Assembly: GCA_043228905.1 (NCBI GenBank)
Contig: JBHGNT010000005.1
Span: forward strand, 1,798,001 to 1,862,000
Direction: 5' to 3'
From: Azolla caroliniana
Lineage: Eukaryota > Plantae > Polypodiophyta
Length of the DNA: 64,000 nt
Shown here: positions 1 through 13,400 of the stretch, in pieces
Numbering within the stretch: the first letter of the stretch is position 1
How the letters are laid out: each line of letters opens with the position of its first letter
Translations under genes and position numbers: made by a program
Notes under the pieces: generated by a model
What the model was told of the DNA's origin: nothing
The model's input: the letters and a program-made list of their open reading frames with translations, nothing else
Databases searched by the model: none

Positions 1-430
1 TCCGAATTGTTCTTACGAATTGTGTATGAACAAAAACCTAGTGCATGCCGAAAGACTTCAACACATTCTAAAAGTAGAGTGAGTGGTATAAATGAACTGG
101 GAAGCTAGAAGAAAGGTAATTTGGTAATTTCCATTTAATAGGGGGTACTTTGGGAGTTTTATGGACAAGTATCACAAAAGATAGGCTTAACCGGTTGTAT
201 TTGGTAACACCAAAGAAGATACATCGTAATGATTTATGATCCAAGCCCATGTGATGATACAAATTTGAGAGATCGAGATACATAAATGGATTATATGATA
301 TTCATTGGAGATTGAATTGCGAGCTATAGGATGGGGTGGGTCCATGGTAAGAGATCCAACTTGTAAACTTGTGCTAGGGAGAAAAGTAAGAAAATATGAT
401 ATTGGTATATAAGAAATGTTCCATGTTGGG

Positions 431-1162
431 CTAGAATACAGTATCGATGGTAGAGAGCTTTCGGAGCAAATCCCTACATTCTTGCTTGTAGGTGCGATCA
501 TCTTTAAGGGATAAAGCGGGTCCATCTAAGAAGTTTTCGATAGCGGGTCGAAGCGACAATGCTGATTGTTTTTTGTTATTATTATTGGATCTAGTACTCA
601 TACGCTTGGATTTCGTTGTTCGTGTCAATGAAGATGATGACGATTTGGCTAGAGATGCACTGAGAGGTCCTAAACGGTTTGGGATGTCGGACATGGGAAC
701 CATATTGATGCTCGAATGAGATGCGCTCTTAAATGGAAATGTTATAGAAGGATTATATTGATCTTTCGATGCCAACATAGACTTTGCGGTTGGCATTGTT
801 AGACTGGCCTGATCCAAGAGATGGAGCCAATAGCTGGCCTCCTTGTAGGATGGAGCATCAACAAAATCAGCCCAATTGAGCCAATGGGATATGTTGGCAT
901 AAGTTTCTTGTGGGCGTCCGAATTTCATGACCACTCCTAGTGGAACTGGCTGCGATGGTTTCACACTAAATTCACTAGGAGGAAGACCTGTGATGACATT
1001 GCATAATTCATTCTCATGGGCAACTAAATACACATGACTTCCATGAACTTGGCTAAAATCTCGGTGCATAGCACTATGATGATGATTTTTTATCATGTTA
1101 TTCTCATCATCATCATGTTGAACAGAATGGGAAGCCTTAATATGCACACTATCATTTCTCAT
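431..1162 (-). CDS. Hypothetical 243-aa protein (His-rich N-terminus, Ser/Lys-rich linker), function unknown
   Basis: Uninterrupted 243-aa ORF in AT-rich DNA with an ATG start and a TATA-like CTATATATTAT about 75 bp upstream on the minus strand; no recognisable domain. Confidence 0.45.
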   Translation of the reverse strand: MRNDSVHIKASHSVQHDDDENNMIKNHHHSAMHRDFSQVHGSHVYLVAHENELCNVITGLPPSEFSVKPSQPVPLGVVMKFGRPQETYANISHWLNWADFVDAPSYKEASYWLHLLDQASLTMPTAKSMLASKDQYNPSITFPFKSASHSSINMVPMSDIPNRLGPLSASLAKSSSSSLTRTTKSKRMSTRSNNNNKKQSALSLRPAIENFLDGPALSLKDDRTYKQECRDLLRKLSTIDTVF

Positions 1163-1697
1163 CTTCTAATCTATATGGGGCATTTCTTATACAAGTTATG
1201 CACACATACTAATGTCTCTCTATGTATATGTAGATAATATATAGACTTGTATGGAAGGGAAGGATTCTTTAGACAAAACTCATCAACAAATTCGCCTTCG
1301 TTGATGTCTATTCACACTTTTTTACTTAGTGGGGATGGGTAAAACATCTCCTTTACCTTAGTAAGCATAGCAAAATGCTGATATCAATATACCACCTACC
1401 CTCATCTACCCAATTGTGGAGTTCTTTATACATTTTATACTTAAAGTGATTCTGAAAGTAAACCAACTTGTCATTTATATCCCTTTGATTGTTCTAATAA
1501 TAATGTGTCTTTTAGCTCTGACCATGTGTCAAAGTCTAAACCTTGGGGATAAAATCTAGTGAATTGTAATTGATTAGCATGATTGCAACCTTCAATCCAC
1601 TTATCCCAACATTTCAATATCATGCACCAAATATCTAGGTTCCTCAACATTGATATTTGAAGACGAGTAATTCAATTCTACTACCTTATCTTTACAT

Positions 1698-1923
1698 AAA
1701 TGTGAACTGGGAGAAAAAGAGCATAATATTGTGAGCAAGGAGATTTCTAGTTGTAACATTCCATTCTTACTTTGAGGATAAATTTGTATGATCATTAGCA
1801 AGGAGGTCTCTAGTTGGAGAAATGTGAACTTGGAGAAAAAGAGCATAATATTGCGAGCAAGGAGGTCTCTAGTTATAAACATACCATTCTTACTTTGAGG
1901 ATAAATTTGTCTGATCATTAGCA
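1698..1923. repeat. ~122-bp tandem duplication (about 1.85 copies)
   Basis: aaatgtgaact.ggagaaaaagagcataatattg...gatcattagca starts at 1698 and again at 1820. Confidence 0.85.
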
Positions 1924-2957
1924 TCTTGAATTTCAATAAAATGTCCCTAACAAACTCATGACATCCTATCACTCATTGAAAGATCTAGAATAAACTCACT
2001 ATCCCAATGAAGCACAAGAAGTTTTGAGAAGGCCCAATGAGCCCAATGAGCCCAATGTTGCCATAAACCATATATATCAATTTAAACATCATGGTTTTCT
2101 TTTGGTCCTCACCCTCGATTACCAAAGAGATTGAGTACTCATGTAAATCACCCAATGTTCTAGAGGATTGAGCGTATACCACATAAAAGATTGAAGGAAG
2201 AGCGATGTATAGCCAAGGTTCAACAAGATTGCACAAAAACATTGTACTTCAAATCTAACTCTAGCACCTCCTAAATGACATCCTTATCTATGATTAAATC
2301 ATAAACTGATCTTAATTATTGTCCATCTTAAACTTGCATACAATGGGAAGACATTTTTGTATTTTTCCACATACTTCATATTAACTTTTCCTACCCATCT
2401 ATAAGTGTAGCATAGTAAGAAAATAGATGAGAGGGAAGAACCCAAATTTGCATTCAAGTAAAAATCACACTAGGCCACAAATCTACATGGCAATGGTGCA
2501 TAACTCATAAAGACTAGTACGATTGATGTTTACTTGAGTACAAAATTTACAAGCCCTATCTTGTGTGCCTTGATAAGAACAAAATTGGCAAGTCAGCCTT
2601 GATGACTTGACTTTAAAGCACCACAAAAACAAATGTTCATGGATGACTCTCAAAAACTAATTGAACCTATGGTACTCATTGCAATGTCAGCATCATCTTA
2701 CATTAGAGTCCACAACCATTAGAAAGGCTAAGGGACAAACTTAAGCTTTGGCATCATAACTTAGAAGTCCAATGTCCATTATATACAACGAAAGTTTCTT
2801 ACAGCACAACAGCATGGTCAAGATTAGATCATAATCAATACATTTTGAATAGAGGAATATGACATAATCAAGATTTGAGGGGTTTAATAAGTGGGAGTGG
2901 CATAGTGAAAAACAATAGCTAGTATCACAAAAGCATGTATATATTATGATTCCTCCG

Positions 2958-3048
2958 AGGCACAATTGTGATTCACATCCACAAAATTATTTTAAGAACA
3001 ATAGGCACAATTGTGATTCACATCTACAAAAATATTTTAAGAACAATA
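2958..3048. repeat. 45-bp tandem duplication
   Basis: aggcacaattgtgattcacatc.acaaaa.tattttaagaacaata at 2958 and 3003. Confidence 0.85.
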
Positions 3049-3934
3049 CCGTAGACATTTGATAAATATTTAACTATGATTCCTTATTCATAATCCGATA
3101 TTCTACAAAACATTACTCAAAAGACTTTTGATCTATAAACCATGTATTTATAATACACTGGATTATGCTCATATATATGTATAAAGTTTAAGGGGGTAGA
3201 AACCATGTATTTTTACCAGGACTGTAAAGCAAAAACGAATGAAGCCTGATCTAACAACCCTAATAGTAAATCTGCATTTTGAATCATGCAAATATCTGTA
3301 AATCAATCAATTTAATGGGAAAAGAAAACCAAACGCAGCCACTTTTATATTACACACTAGAACCAATGCTATGCCTTTGATTCAATAAGGTATACTTTTG
3401 TTTCGGTCTTTGAAATCACATTCTCAAGCCATTATATGCCAAATATTAGCATTTCTTTTATGACCTTATCGAGTCTGCATTGGCAAAAGTCACTAACATT
3501 CCATTCTCTTGCTTTTGGTCGATTGCCTCTTAATACACATGATCCTACAAACTAAAAGGTTCGGGATCAAAACATAGCGAGTGGTACATGTGTGTGTGTG
3601 TGCGTGTATACCTCTATTCGAGCCTAACAAAGAGTTTTCACTTAGCGATACTCCACTAGAACAATTTGAATGAATTAAGCTCAAACCCAGACAATTTCAG
3701 CTATGCAGAAGAAATAATAGCATACACCATCCATGATTTGATCATAAACTAGATTTATGACTTGAAAAAACACTGTTCCTAGATGGATATACCTAAAGCA
3801 GTGCAATTCAGAAAGTATCAAGGAAAATAGAACAAATTCACCTGAAACTAATGCATTTAGCTTCCGATGACCATGTGTATAAATCGATCGAAATGATATT
3901 TTGTCAAAAAGAAGAAGAAGATATTTCCCTCTAA

Positions 3935-5567
3935 TCAAACGGTCGTGACAGATGTCCATTCACCATCAACAGCCTCCTTCCATAGAGTAACATTATTATT
4001 CCCATCAGCAACAGCCAAGATGTTACCAGTAAGAGACCAACTTACTCTCCAGACAGGGGTCTTAAAATCATTCAATACCTGACCTTCCCAATTATCTCCT
4101 TCTTTACCCTGAGTCCATATAACAACAGTCCCATCTTGTGAAGCACTAGCAATAGTATTCTTAGGTAATCCAAGGTTTGGTGCCCATGCCACATCTCTCA
4201 CCCAATCAGAATGCTTTGATAAGGGTGGGAAACAATCCATTTTCCAATGGCCATCAGCAAATTTCCACACTTTCACGGTATTATCACAGCCTCCCGAGAC
4301 TAGTTTGTGCACATTGTTACCATAGAATGGACCAATAAGAGAACCAGGAGCAGCAGCAGGTGCCCATGATACTGATGTAACACCAACCAAATGTGCTTGA
4401 AGAATCTTTGTCTTATCCCAAGACCCATCTTGTTCACGGCGAGTTAAAACTGATATACTCCCGTCCGACGAGCCACAAGCAAGGATCAAACCTAGTTGAA
4501 AAGGAGAGAAAAAAATAACTGCATTAACCAGGGGAAAAACCAAACACTTTACTCCAAATTAGAAGAACGAGATGATAAGCAAGGATTAAACTTAGTTCAG
4601 CAGAGGAGAGCAAAACAAAGAAACTGAATTAACAAGATTGGGAAAAACAAACTGAAGAAATATTCCCTGTGTAGAAGAAACGCCAAAAGAAAGTCACAAA
4701 AGCACAAGCATATAAACTTCCCTTTACTAGAAAAGAAGCATCCACTCCTTTTAAGAAGGAATGAAACGGTAAGCATAAGAATCAAAATTGTAATTCAAAA
4801 TGAGAACTAAACCATAAAAACATATCAATTTACTGGATAAATATCTAGATACAAATAAACGTCTTATTTAGAAGAAAAAACCCACGAGCAAAACGATCAA
4901 ATATCTAGTTCCAAAACCGATTCACACACACACAGTAAAAAAAACCATTAACTGACACAGAATTCTTTCCGCAAGAAAATATTCCTTATTTAGAAGAAAT
5001 GGCCCATAATCAAATGGACCAAACTTCAGCAACACAGAAATGAAACACCAATAAAGAACATAAAATGCTCCCTATTGTATAGAAGAAAAAAATAAACAAG
5101 CAAACCGATCAAACCTAGATTAACTGAGAATAAAAGCCGAAATACAACTCGTTATTGAATAAAAAAATAATCACGTGCAAAAACTAGAGAAAAAACAGAG
5201 GGATGGAAAACAAACCTAGTTCAAAAGGTGCGAAGCAAATTGAGTTAACCGAAGCTTCATGTTCAGTGAAGACTTGAAACTGAGACCAAACATTGGTATC
5301 GGGGCCTTCTTTCCAGAGGATGACTTTGCGATCGTAAGAGCATGAGGCGAGGATGGATCCGAATTTAGGATTAGCCCAAGCAACCTGCCACACAGGTCCT
5401 TCGTGTCCAGAGAGTGTGGCCAACAAGGAAGAAGAAGAGGAATCAAAGATCTTGATGGTCTTATCTGAGGAGCAGGTGGCCATCCTCTTGCCATAGTAAT
5501 CCATGGCTACATCGTGCACCATGTCTTGGTGCCCTGATTCCACTGTATGAGATGAGATCTGTTTCAT
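3935..5567 (-). CDS. SEC13: Protein transport protein SEC13 (WD40; COPII coat / nuclear pore Y-complex), 302 aa
   Basis: Exons 5567-5216 and 4491-3935 joined by a GT-AG intron give 909 nt. Motifs: [79 protein letters not shown]. Confidence 0.97.
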
Positions 5568-6499
5568 CTTTCCTTCCTGCTCAGATATTTCTTCTCCTTC
5601 TCTATGCCGTCGTTCAATCCTTCTCCTTCTTCTTCGTCTTCTTCTGCGTCTTCTTCTGCGTCGTTCAGATCTCGACTGATCGATGAAGCGCGCTCACTCT
5701 AACCTTCGCTGTCTCTGTAATTTCTCAGACTATGCGATTATATGGAGTTCTCTGGTTCTAGGCCCCCTGTTTTCTTCAATTACAAATCTGGCCTCAATCA
5801 AGCTCTCAAAACTACTACATCGTGTTTGTTGTTCATTCATTCGCTTGTTTTTTCAAGAGTTGGAGCTACCCAATGTGTTTGTTGTTGTGACCCAGTGTTC
5901 TTCAATTCTACACTGCACGTTTTGCCCAACGGAATGAAAATACTTACAAAACCCAGGTGTTGCTACCATGGCCTAGTGTTCGATCCTGCACACAAATTGC
6001 TTAATGGAATCCTTAGAGAAGAACAACACGCTACATGTGTGTTGCCTTTGTTGGGGTGTGGGGTTGTGTAGGTACAACCGTAATCTTGTTATTTGCAATG
6101 GCATTGTACACATAATTTTGCTTTGACATATACTGATCAATGCAATTGCTCACATGTAACCGTACTATCAAGGACACCTCCTGAGACATAATGGAGGCAT
6201 GTCACACCCAACCACATTGTGTGATCCCTCATACATGTCAAGGCGGAAGAATCAATCATTCTTCTCCGTATTAATATTAGTACTATCCTTGATCAACAGA
6301 CAAGATCCTCACGCTTTGTCCCAATCAAGAGACTGAGAATGAGGACCACCTCATACTACAATGAGAAACATTGAAAACCACAATCCAAAAATGTTTCTCA
6401 CCATCAATTATGTAATGCGCTCATCTTACACAATTTCTCTAAACTAGACACACACTCCTTGCTTCATAGACACACACTCACTCACAAGGTATGACTTGC

Positions 6500-7081
6500 T
6501 GTTGGGATTTCGGTCCCTCCGGATGGGATGTCCGGAGGTGAATGACGGCAAGCCAGACCCCGGCTACGGAGCCGGATGATGAAGACTCCGGCTACTGAGT
6601 CGGATGATGAATGTACCCGGAGAGAGATCCGGATGCGGGGACATATTTGTGAATATGTTTGCCAAGGGTCCTTGAGGCCATATTTGTAAATAGCCCGAAA
6701 GTCATATGTGTATAAATATGACTTAGGGCAAACAGTTGTTTTGTTGCTGCTCATTTTCTGTTTTTCCATTTAGAGGGAGCGAAGTGAGAGCAGCCGAGAG
6801 AGAGAGAGAGAGAGAGACGAAGAGGTCGTTGCCTCAGTGTATTACCGCCGCCTGTGGCGAAGACAGTGAGCCCAAGGTCGTTGCCTTGTAGCTTCACCAT
6901 TGTACATCTCTGCTTATAGTGATAGTTGGAGTTTGAGGACTCCCGTGGTTTTTTCCCATTTAGGGTTTTCCACGTAAAACATCTTGTGTACTCTTCTCTC
7001 CATTATCTTCGTGCATTTTTATTTCCTGTTTTCTGTGAGTTAATCCTATTTATCGGTTGTGGCCGAGCACTGGGTTCAACA
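6500..7081 (+). mobile_element. Solo LTR (582 bp) with 5-bp TSD
   Basis: Termini TGTTG...CAACA, flanked by identical CTTGC at 6495-6499 and 7082-7086. Internal TATAAATA at 6711 followed by a GA-rich tract; no internal coding region. Confidence 0.85.
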
Positions 7082-7269
7082 CTTGCATCAATACTCAATG
7101 GTAATCAAACATTGACGAGATTCAGGTTCATCACTAGGAGGTGGTCAAGTGGTCTAGTGCCCCTTTCTCCTTTCTTTAGTCTATCTTTCATTATATTTTG
7201 CTTAATTATTAATTACTCCTACCACGAAGAGGTAACTAGAATTTGCAAGGTGCGAATTTGGATGCATTT

Positions 7270-8201
7270 TTTTTTTCCAAAAAGATTTCCTTTATTAGTA
7301 TTAAGAAAAAAACGTTGGAAGGCTACAAAGTGTACAATTAGAGTGTTATATACAAAAAGGGTCATCAGCGGAAGGGCCAAGGGTGATGATATTTCCAGAT
7401 TGGTCCTTGAGAGGAGACCGTGAATAGAGGCAACTTCCTCCATAACTACAGTAACTTTTTCCTTTTCTTAAGAACAACCTTCGAAGAGCCCGACATATTG
7501 TCATATTGCCCACGCACTACCGCCAATAAGCTCTCCCATAATTCTGGCAATATATATGAGAGAAGGGGAATTATGGAATCATATCGTCTTTTACACTGAT
7601 ACTTCCATAAGGTCCATAATGTAACCTTGGATATTGTTTTCCATACATGGGCTGCACACATTTGCTTTTGAGGTTGCTGAAAAGGGGAGACAAATATTAA
7701 ATGCCTATTGATGATTGTCTTAGCCTCTAGAGCATCATCTGCCTCATACAATAAGAGACTGGAATGGAGAACCCCCCATACCTACTGGGCTAGTGAACAG
7801 GACCAGAGAGCATGTTTGGTAGTTTCTTGCAAGTCACCACAATAACTACATTCTCTAAGAACGGGTGCCACGTTTCCTTTCAAAAACTGACCTACTGGTA
7901 GTGTTGCATGTAGTAAAAGCCATATGAAGAGAGTGTATTTTGTTGTTCCCCTAAAAGACCAAATCCATTTCCAATAAGCCTTCAAATGATTGCTTGAAAC
8001 GCCCTACTTATTCCAGTGCTTTTGAGCCGCAGGAGTTTGAATATTCTTAGACATGACTAAGGTTCTACCAAATTTCACAGTATACTGAAAGAACGGAATT
8101 TTCTACATTGGATCCATCATGGGACTAGTCCAAAACCATCCCCCTAGGTCCCACATCAGCCTATTAACTGGTCGTCATGCATATAACCAAAGCATATCAC
8201 A
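7270..8201 (-). mobile_element. 5'-truncated non-LTR (LINE/L1-like) retrotransposon with TSD and poly-A tail
   Basis: 17-bp TSD cgaatttggatgcattt at 7253-7269 and 8202-8218, T10 tract at 7267-7276. ORF 7782-7985 encodes a zf-RVT-like WKWIW...FIWLLLHATLP...CSYC...ETTKHALWSC. Confidence 0.85.
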
Positions 8202-8609
8202 CGAATTTGGATGCATTTAAGAAAGCAACAAAAATATAACTTTGCCAATAGGTGAAATTTCCAAGGTGGAACAAACAACAACTAAAATAATGTAGGATGT
8301 TATATCTTGTTTAGGAAAAGAAAAGTTAGGATACTAATATTGTGGTAAACCAAGCCACATGGAGGAAAGATGTTGGAAATAGAAGGGTGATACCAATAAT
8401 GGTAAGGTACATCTCACAAATGACACCTCCAACTTCATGAATGATCCCAAGCTGGATGTTTGTACCACATCACATAGACATTTCATTTTGTTTGTTGTTT
8501 TTGTTTTTATGCACTCTTTCATTTTATTTTTTAAATGAACATGACGGTTCACCACAATGGGAGTTGTTGACTTTTTCCACACAATTGGTGACATTAAGGT
8601 TTTGATCAT

Positions 8610-8950
8610 TGACATGATGCTTGCATATGAGGTTTACACGATGGTTGCTTCTGAGTTTTTTAACCTCAACACGATGGTTCAAGTGAGCTCTACATGATGG
8701 TTAACATTGATAGGGGTATTTTTAACCTTCTAATCAATTGTTTAAGTGAGCTCTACCATATGGTTGGTATTGAGGTTTTTTAACCTCTACATGGTAGTAA
8801 GGTGAAATCTATGCAATGGTTGCAAATAAGCCCTAAACAGTTATTGGTTTTGAGGTTTTTTCAACGTGTACACAATGGTTTTGGTGAGATCTACAAGATG
8901 CTTTATATTGAGAGTTTTAAACCTCAACACGATTGTTCTAGTTCCCTTGT
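8610..8950. repeat. Degenerate ~55-60 bp tandem minisatellite
   Basis: Recurrent gagg/gttttttaacctc..acac.atgg and gtgagctctaca motifs at roughly regular spacing. Confidence 0.55.
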
Positions 8951-9011
8951 CCACACAATGATTTTTGTTTGTTTCTGCACACAATGGAAACAAGGCAAGT
9001 CTTATAGAAAT

Positions 9012-9537
9012 AGTTAGTCCTACATATGATGGGAGTTGTTAAGTGCTCTACACAATGGTTTAAGTTCACATGTTCATACGATGGCTTTGGCACAGTTGCC
9101 TACACAAGAGAAGAAAGTAATGGATTATGAACCAGAGCCAACATGATGATGTTATGAGCATAACCATAATTGTAGCTGTGGGCTAATTTGTAAGGATGAA
9201 GGTAACTAATTATTATCTCATCCTATGGTAGCAGATAACTTTAGAGTGTTTTATCACTTGGATACTTTTTATAGGAAAGCAATTCAATGTGAAACATACA
9301 AGGGCCTAGGGTTTGCGCCTATATAAGGAGGCTAGCTACCTTCATGAAGGGGGGATCTCTTTTCTTTATTGTTTTAAGATAGAGACTCTAACAATGTGTC
9401 AAATCTCTAACTTTCTACAGGTGTGCCTCCTTCAAACCCAAAGTATGATCCATGTCCGTACACATTGGTATGGGACATCAATGGGAGACTTGGATCTGTC
9501 TATCACCTTCGTTGGGGGTTGATCAGGTGGACTAACA
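9012..9537 (+). mobile_element. Possible degraded solo LTR
   Basis: Ends agttagtcc...ggactaaca form an inverted pair with the 5' T mutated; internal TATATAA near 9320; no TSD found. Confidence 0.3.
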
Positions 9538-9748
9538 CCCTTTCTTCCACACTTTATTATGTAGGAATGGTCAATGGCCAATGAGCTTATAATGTGAAAT
9601 GGACCAACTTGTATAAAAGGGGCTTTATGGTGCCCTTACTTTGGGGCTACCTTTTGGTTCTCATTCTCTCCCATTTAGATCCACTAACAAGCATCTTTCT
9701 CCATATCCCTACACGACTCTCTCCCTCTCTCTCTATTTTTATCGTAAT

Positions 9749-10142
9749 TGTGAAGAATCGGATATGATTCTTGTGAAGCAGAAGAGATATGAGTTATGTG
9801 TGTGTATGAGAGAGAGAGTGAGAGAGTGAGAGAGACAAGGAATAAGACCCAAAGAATACACAAGGTAAGAGTATATTAACAAAGGAGAAAGACTCAACTA
9901 CAATACAAGGTGGGAGGAGGGTGCTTTATGTAGTCACCCTCTCTCTTCATTAACTACAAGACTCATGGAGCATGGGGAATGTGAAAGCTCATAAGTTATG
10001 TGTCATAGAATATGATTCTATGACTCATACTAAATGCTAGAATACAAAGAGGTGACATAATGGTGACTCTTGACCGTTTGAGTGTCTATTCACTCTCAAG
10101 GTGAGTTCACACACTAGACCAAGTTGCGCTTGATTCTCAACA
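9749..10142 (-). repeat. Copia 3' LTR
   Basis: Near-identical to 14855-15248 (about 8 substitutions counted by eye). Confidence 0.95.
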
Positions 10143-10418
10143 CGCCCCCTCAAACTCAAGTCGGGTCGGTTTTAGACGATATCCGAAATCCGCTTCGACT
10201 CGCATTCCGGAGTCCGCGTCAACTCGCATCGACACACATTTATGCGGAGTTGCGGAATCCGTGCTCCAGCTTGCGTTTCGTATAGTTGCGAAGTCTATGC
10301 TTTGGCTTGCGTCTTTCTTCGCGGCTTTGCGCAGTAGATCAGCTCTTCGCGGCTTCGTTGCGCAGTTGCATAAACCACGCGTTATTGCGTAGTGTGCGCG
10401 GTTTGCGGAATTCACACG

Positions 10419-13400
10419 TTATTGTGTAATGTCTTCAGTACTCCCCCTCAAGCTTGGTAGGTTAGGGATCGTCAATCCGAGATCGGTCATGAATTGCCAT
10501 AGCTTGTCGGCTCCTAAGGCTTTTGTGAAGATGTCGGTTGTTTGAAGATTGGTGCTAATGTGTTGTAGGTCAACATCGCTAGCTAGAACGCACTCTCGGA
10601 TGAAGTGATAGTGCACTTCGATGTGCTTTGTCCGCGCGTGGAACACCGGGTTCCGAGCCAGATATGCTCATGTTGTCGCAGTAAAGGGAGGTCGGATCCT
10701 TGATGGGTACGCCCAGATCCTTGAGTATCCTTTTGAGCCATACGGCTTCACATGCGGCCACTGTCGCGCCCCTGTATTCCGCCTCTGTGCTCGAAAGAGC
10801 GACGGTTGGTTACTTTTTGTTGCTCCAGGATATTGCTCCACTGCCGAGGGAGAAAACAAATCCGGAGGTTGATCTTCTATCAGCTTTGTAGCCGGCCAAA
10901 TCGGCATCTATGTACCCCTCGAGGCGTATTGGCATCGCGGTCTTGTAGAGGATGCCGCAATCCATTGTGCCGCTCACGTATCGTAGAACTTGCTTAGCGC
11001 AATCCAAGTGAGTATCTCGCGGTGTTTGCATGAATTGACTAAGGAGACCGATCAGATAACTAAGATCGGGTCGAGTAATCGTGAGGTAGATGAGACACCC
11101 GATGAGTTGCCGATACTGAGTCGGCTCACACGCTTTGGTGCCGGAGTTCACATCCAGTTTGAGATTGCGATCGAGTGGGGTTGCCGCGGATTTGCACTCA
11201 ACCATCCCGAACTTGTATAACAAGTTGAGGATGTAGTGTCGTTGAGAGATCATGATTCCGGCAGGAGTCCGAATTACCTCGATGTCATGGAAGTAGTGGA
11301 GCTCCTTCATGTCCGTCATCTCAAACTTGTCGGAAAGGAGGGATTTGACCTTATTGATTTCGACGAGATGCTCACCTCCAATGACTAGGTCATCCACATA
11401 TAAAATGATGATGATCGGACTTGCGGAATTGCTTCGCATGTAGAGGGAGTTGTCCGACTTTGACATATGGAAGCCGATTTGATGAAGATATTGCGTTATC
11501 TTCGAATGCCAAGCACGCAGTGCTTGTTTGAGGACATAGAGTGGCTTCTTGAGTTGGCACACAACTTTTTGATGAATGCGTGATTCGAAGTCGGGTGGTT
11601 GTATCATGTACACCTACCTCCTCTTCTAATTCGCCTTGTAGAAAGGCGTTCTTAATGTCCATTTGATGGAGGTGCCGAGGCAAGCGCAATTACAGTTCAT
11701 ACCATCGTCATCTTTGCCTTCGTACATTTGTGCGTAGCCTTTCGCTACGAGTTGCGCTTTGTAGCGGTTGACGGAACCGTCGGCGTTGTACTTCACTTTG
11801 TAAATCCATCTGCATCCAATCACCTTTTTGTGTGGTGAGGTGGGAACGAGATCCCACGTCTCATTCTTCCGTAGTGCCTGCATCTCCTCGTTCATTGCTT
11901 TGATCCATCGCGGGTCCTTCGCGGCTTCGGAAAAGGTTTCCGGCTCCCGTACTGTCGCTACCTTCATCATAGAGGCGTAATGGTACGCCATATAATCGTT
12001 GTAGCCGAATCAGCTTACGGGGTTCTTTTCACAGGTGGATCGGCGAAGCTTTTCATTTGCAGAGATGAGGGCTTTCTTAACTCCGATTGGTACCTCGAAA
12101 CCGCCAAACTCACTGTCGAGTGAGTGAGTCGACTCATCGTCGTTGAAGTGATTGTATGCGTATTCCGCCATTTTTGCCTTGCCTTTGTCCATCTTCGGGC
12201 TAGGCCGTGATGTGCTTTGATCGCTCAAAGGCTCGTGTGGTCCGCTCAGTCGGGTCGTGATCGGACTTTCTTCGAACATGCACGTAAGGCGATCTTCATC
12301 TTGTATCTCTTGTTCGGCGGATTCCGGGTCGAGCGGAGTCGGAGTCGGAGTTGTCTCTAGTGCGTACCAGGATGCGGACTCGTCGAAAACGACGTCTTGA
12401 CTTATGCGAGATTTTCGAGTTGAGGGGTTGTAGCACTTGTACCCCTTTTGCTCCAATGAGTATCCTACGATGATACATTTCTCCAACTTCGGGTCAAGCT
12501 TTTGACGCTTCTCATCGGGGATGTGCACATATGCTATTGCGCCAAATATCCGGGTGTGCGATAAGTCCGGCTTCTTTCGGAAGTATTTTTCTTGCGGAGT
12601 GACCTCGTGCATGCCGGATGTTGTGCACCGGTTCATTAGGTAGACGGCTGTATTTGCAACTTCGGCCCAATATGACTTGGGCACATGCTTCTCATTCATC
12701 ATGGCCCACGCTACTTCGAGGATGTGCCGATTTTTGCGCTCGGCTACTCCGTTTTGTTGCGGAGTGTGTCGGCAAGTGAATTCTCGCCGAATTCCTTCCT
12801 TTCGAAGATACGTCGTGAAATCGTCCGAGAAGTACTCCTTGCCACCATCCGATCGGAGACATCGTACATGTCGGCCCGTGGCTTTCTCGACTTCATTCTT
12901 GAAATTTTGGAAGTGTTCGAACACTTCGCTCTTTTGCCGCATCGGGTAGATCCAAGTGTGCCTAAAGAAGTCGTCGATGAAGAGCATGTAATATCGGCAT
13001 CCGCCGAATGTAGCCGTCTGCACCGGTCCCCATACATCGGAATGGACTACGTCGAGTAGACCTTTGCTCACGTTCCGCTCTTTCGAGAATGGGTGTCGAT
13101 GTTGCTTGCCGAATTGGCACGCTTCGCATACACCTTCAATCTCCTTCTCTTTGAATGTTAGGAGTCCGATGATGACTCCTTTCGATTTCATTGCTTTGAG
13201 CTTTTGGAGATTTATATGGCCAATCCGCTTCTGCCATAACTCTATGTCGGAGTCGGCTTTCATGCCCTTTGCGAACATGGCCGATTTCATCTCGTGTGAG
13301 TCGAGAATGAAAATTCGGCCCTCTCTTCATCCGCGTGCGATGAGTTGGCCCTCTTTTTCGATGAAGCAACCGCCTTGATTAAATCGAACTTGCATCCCTT

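Noticed and set aside
1250-2950. Possible degraded retroelement-derived coding sequence
   Set aside because: Only scattered short ORFs; no diagnostic motif I could confirm
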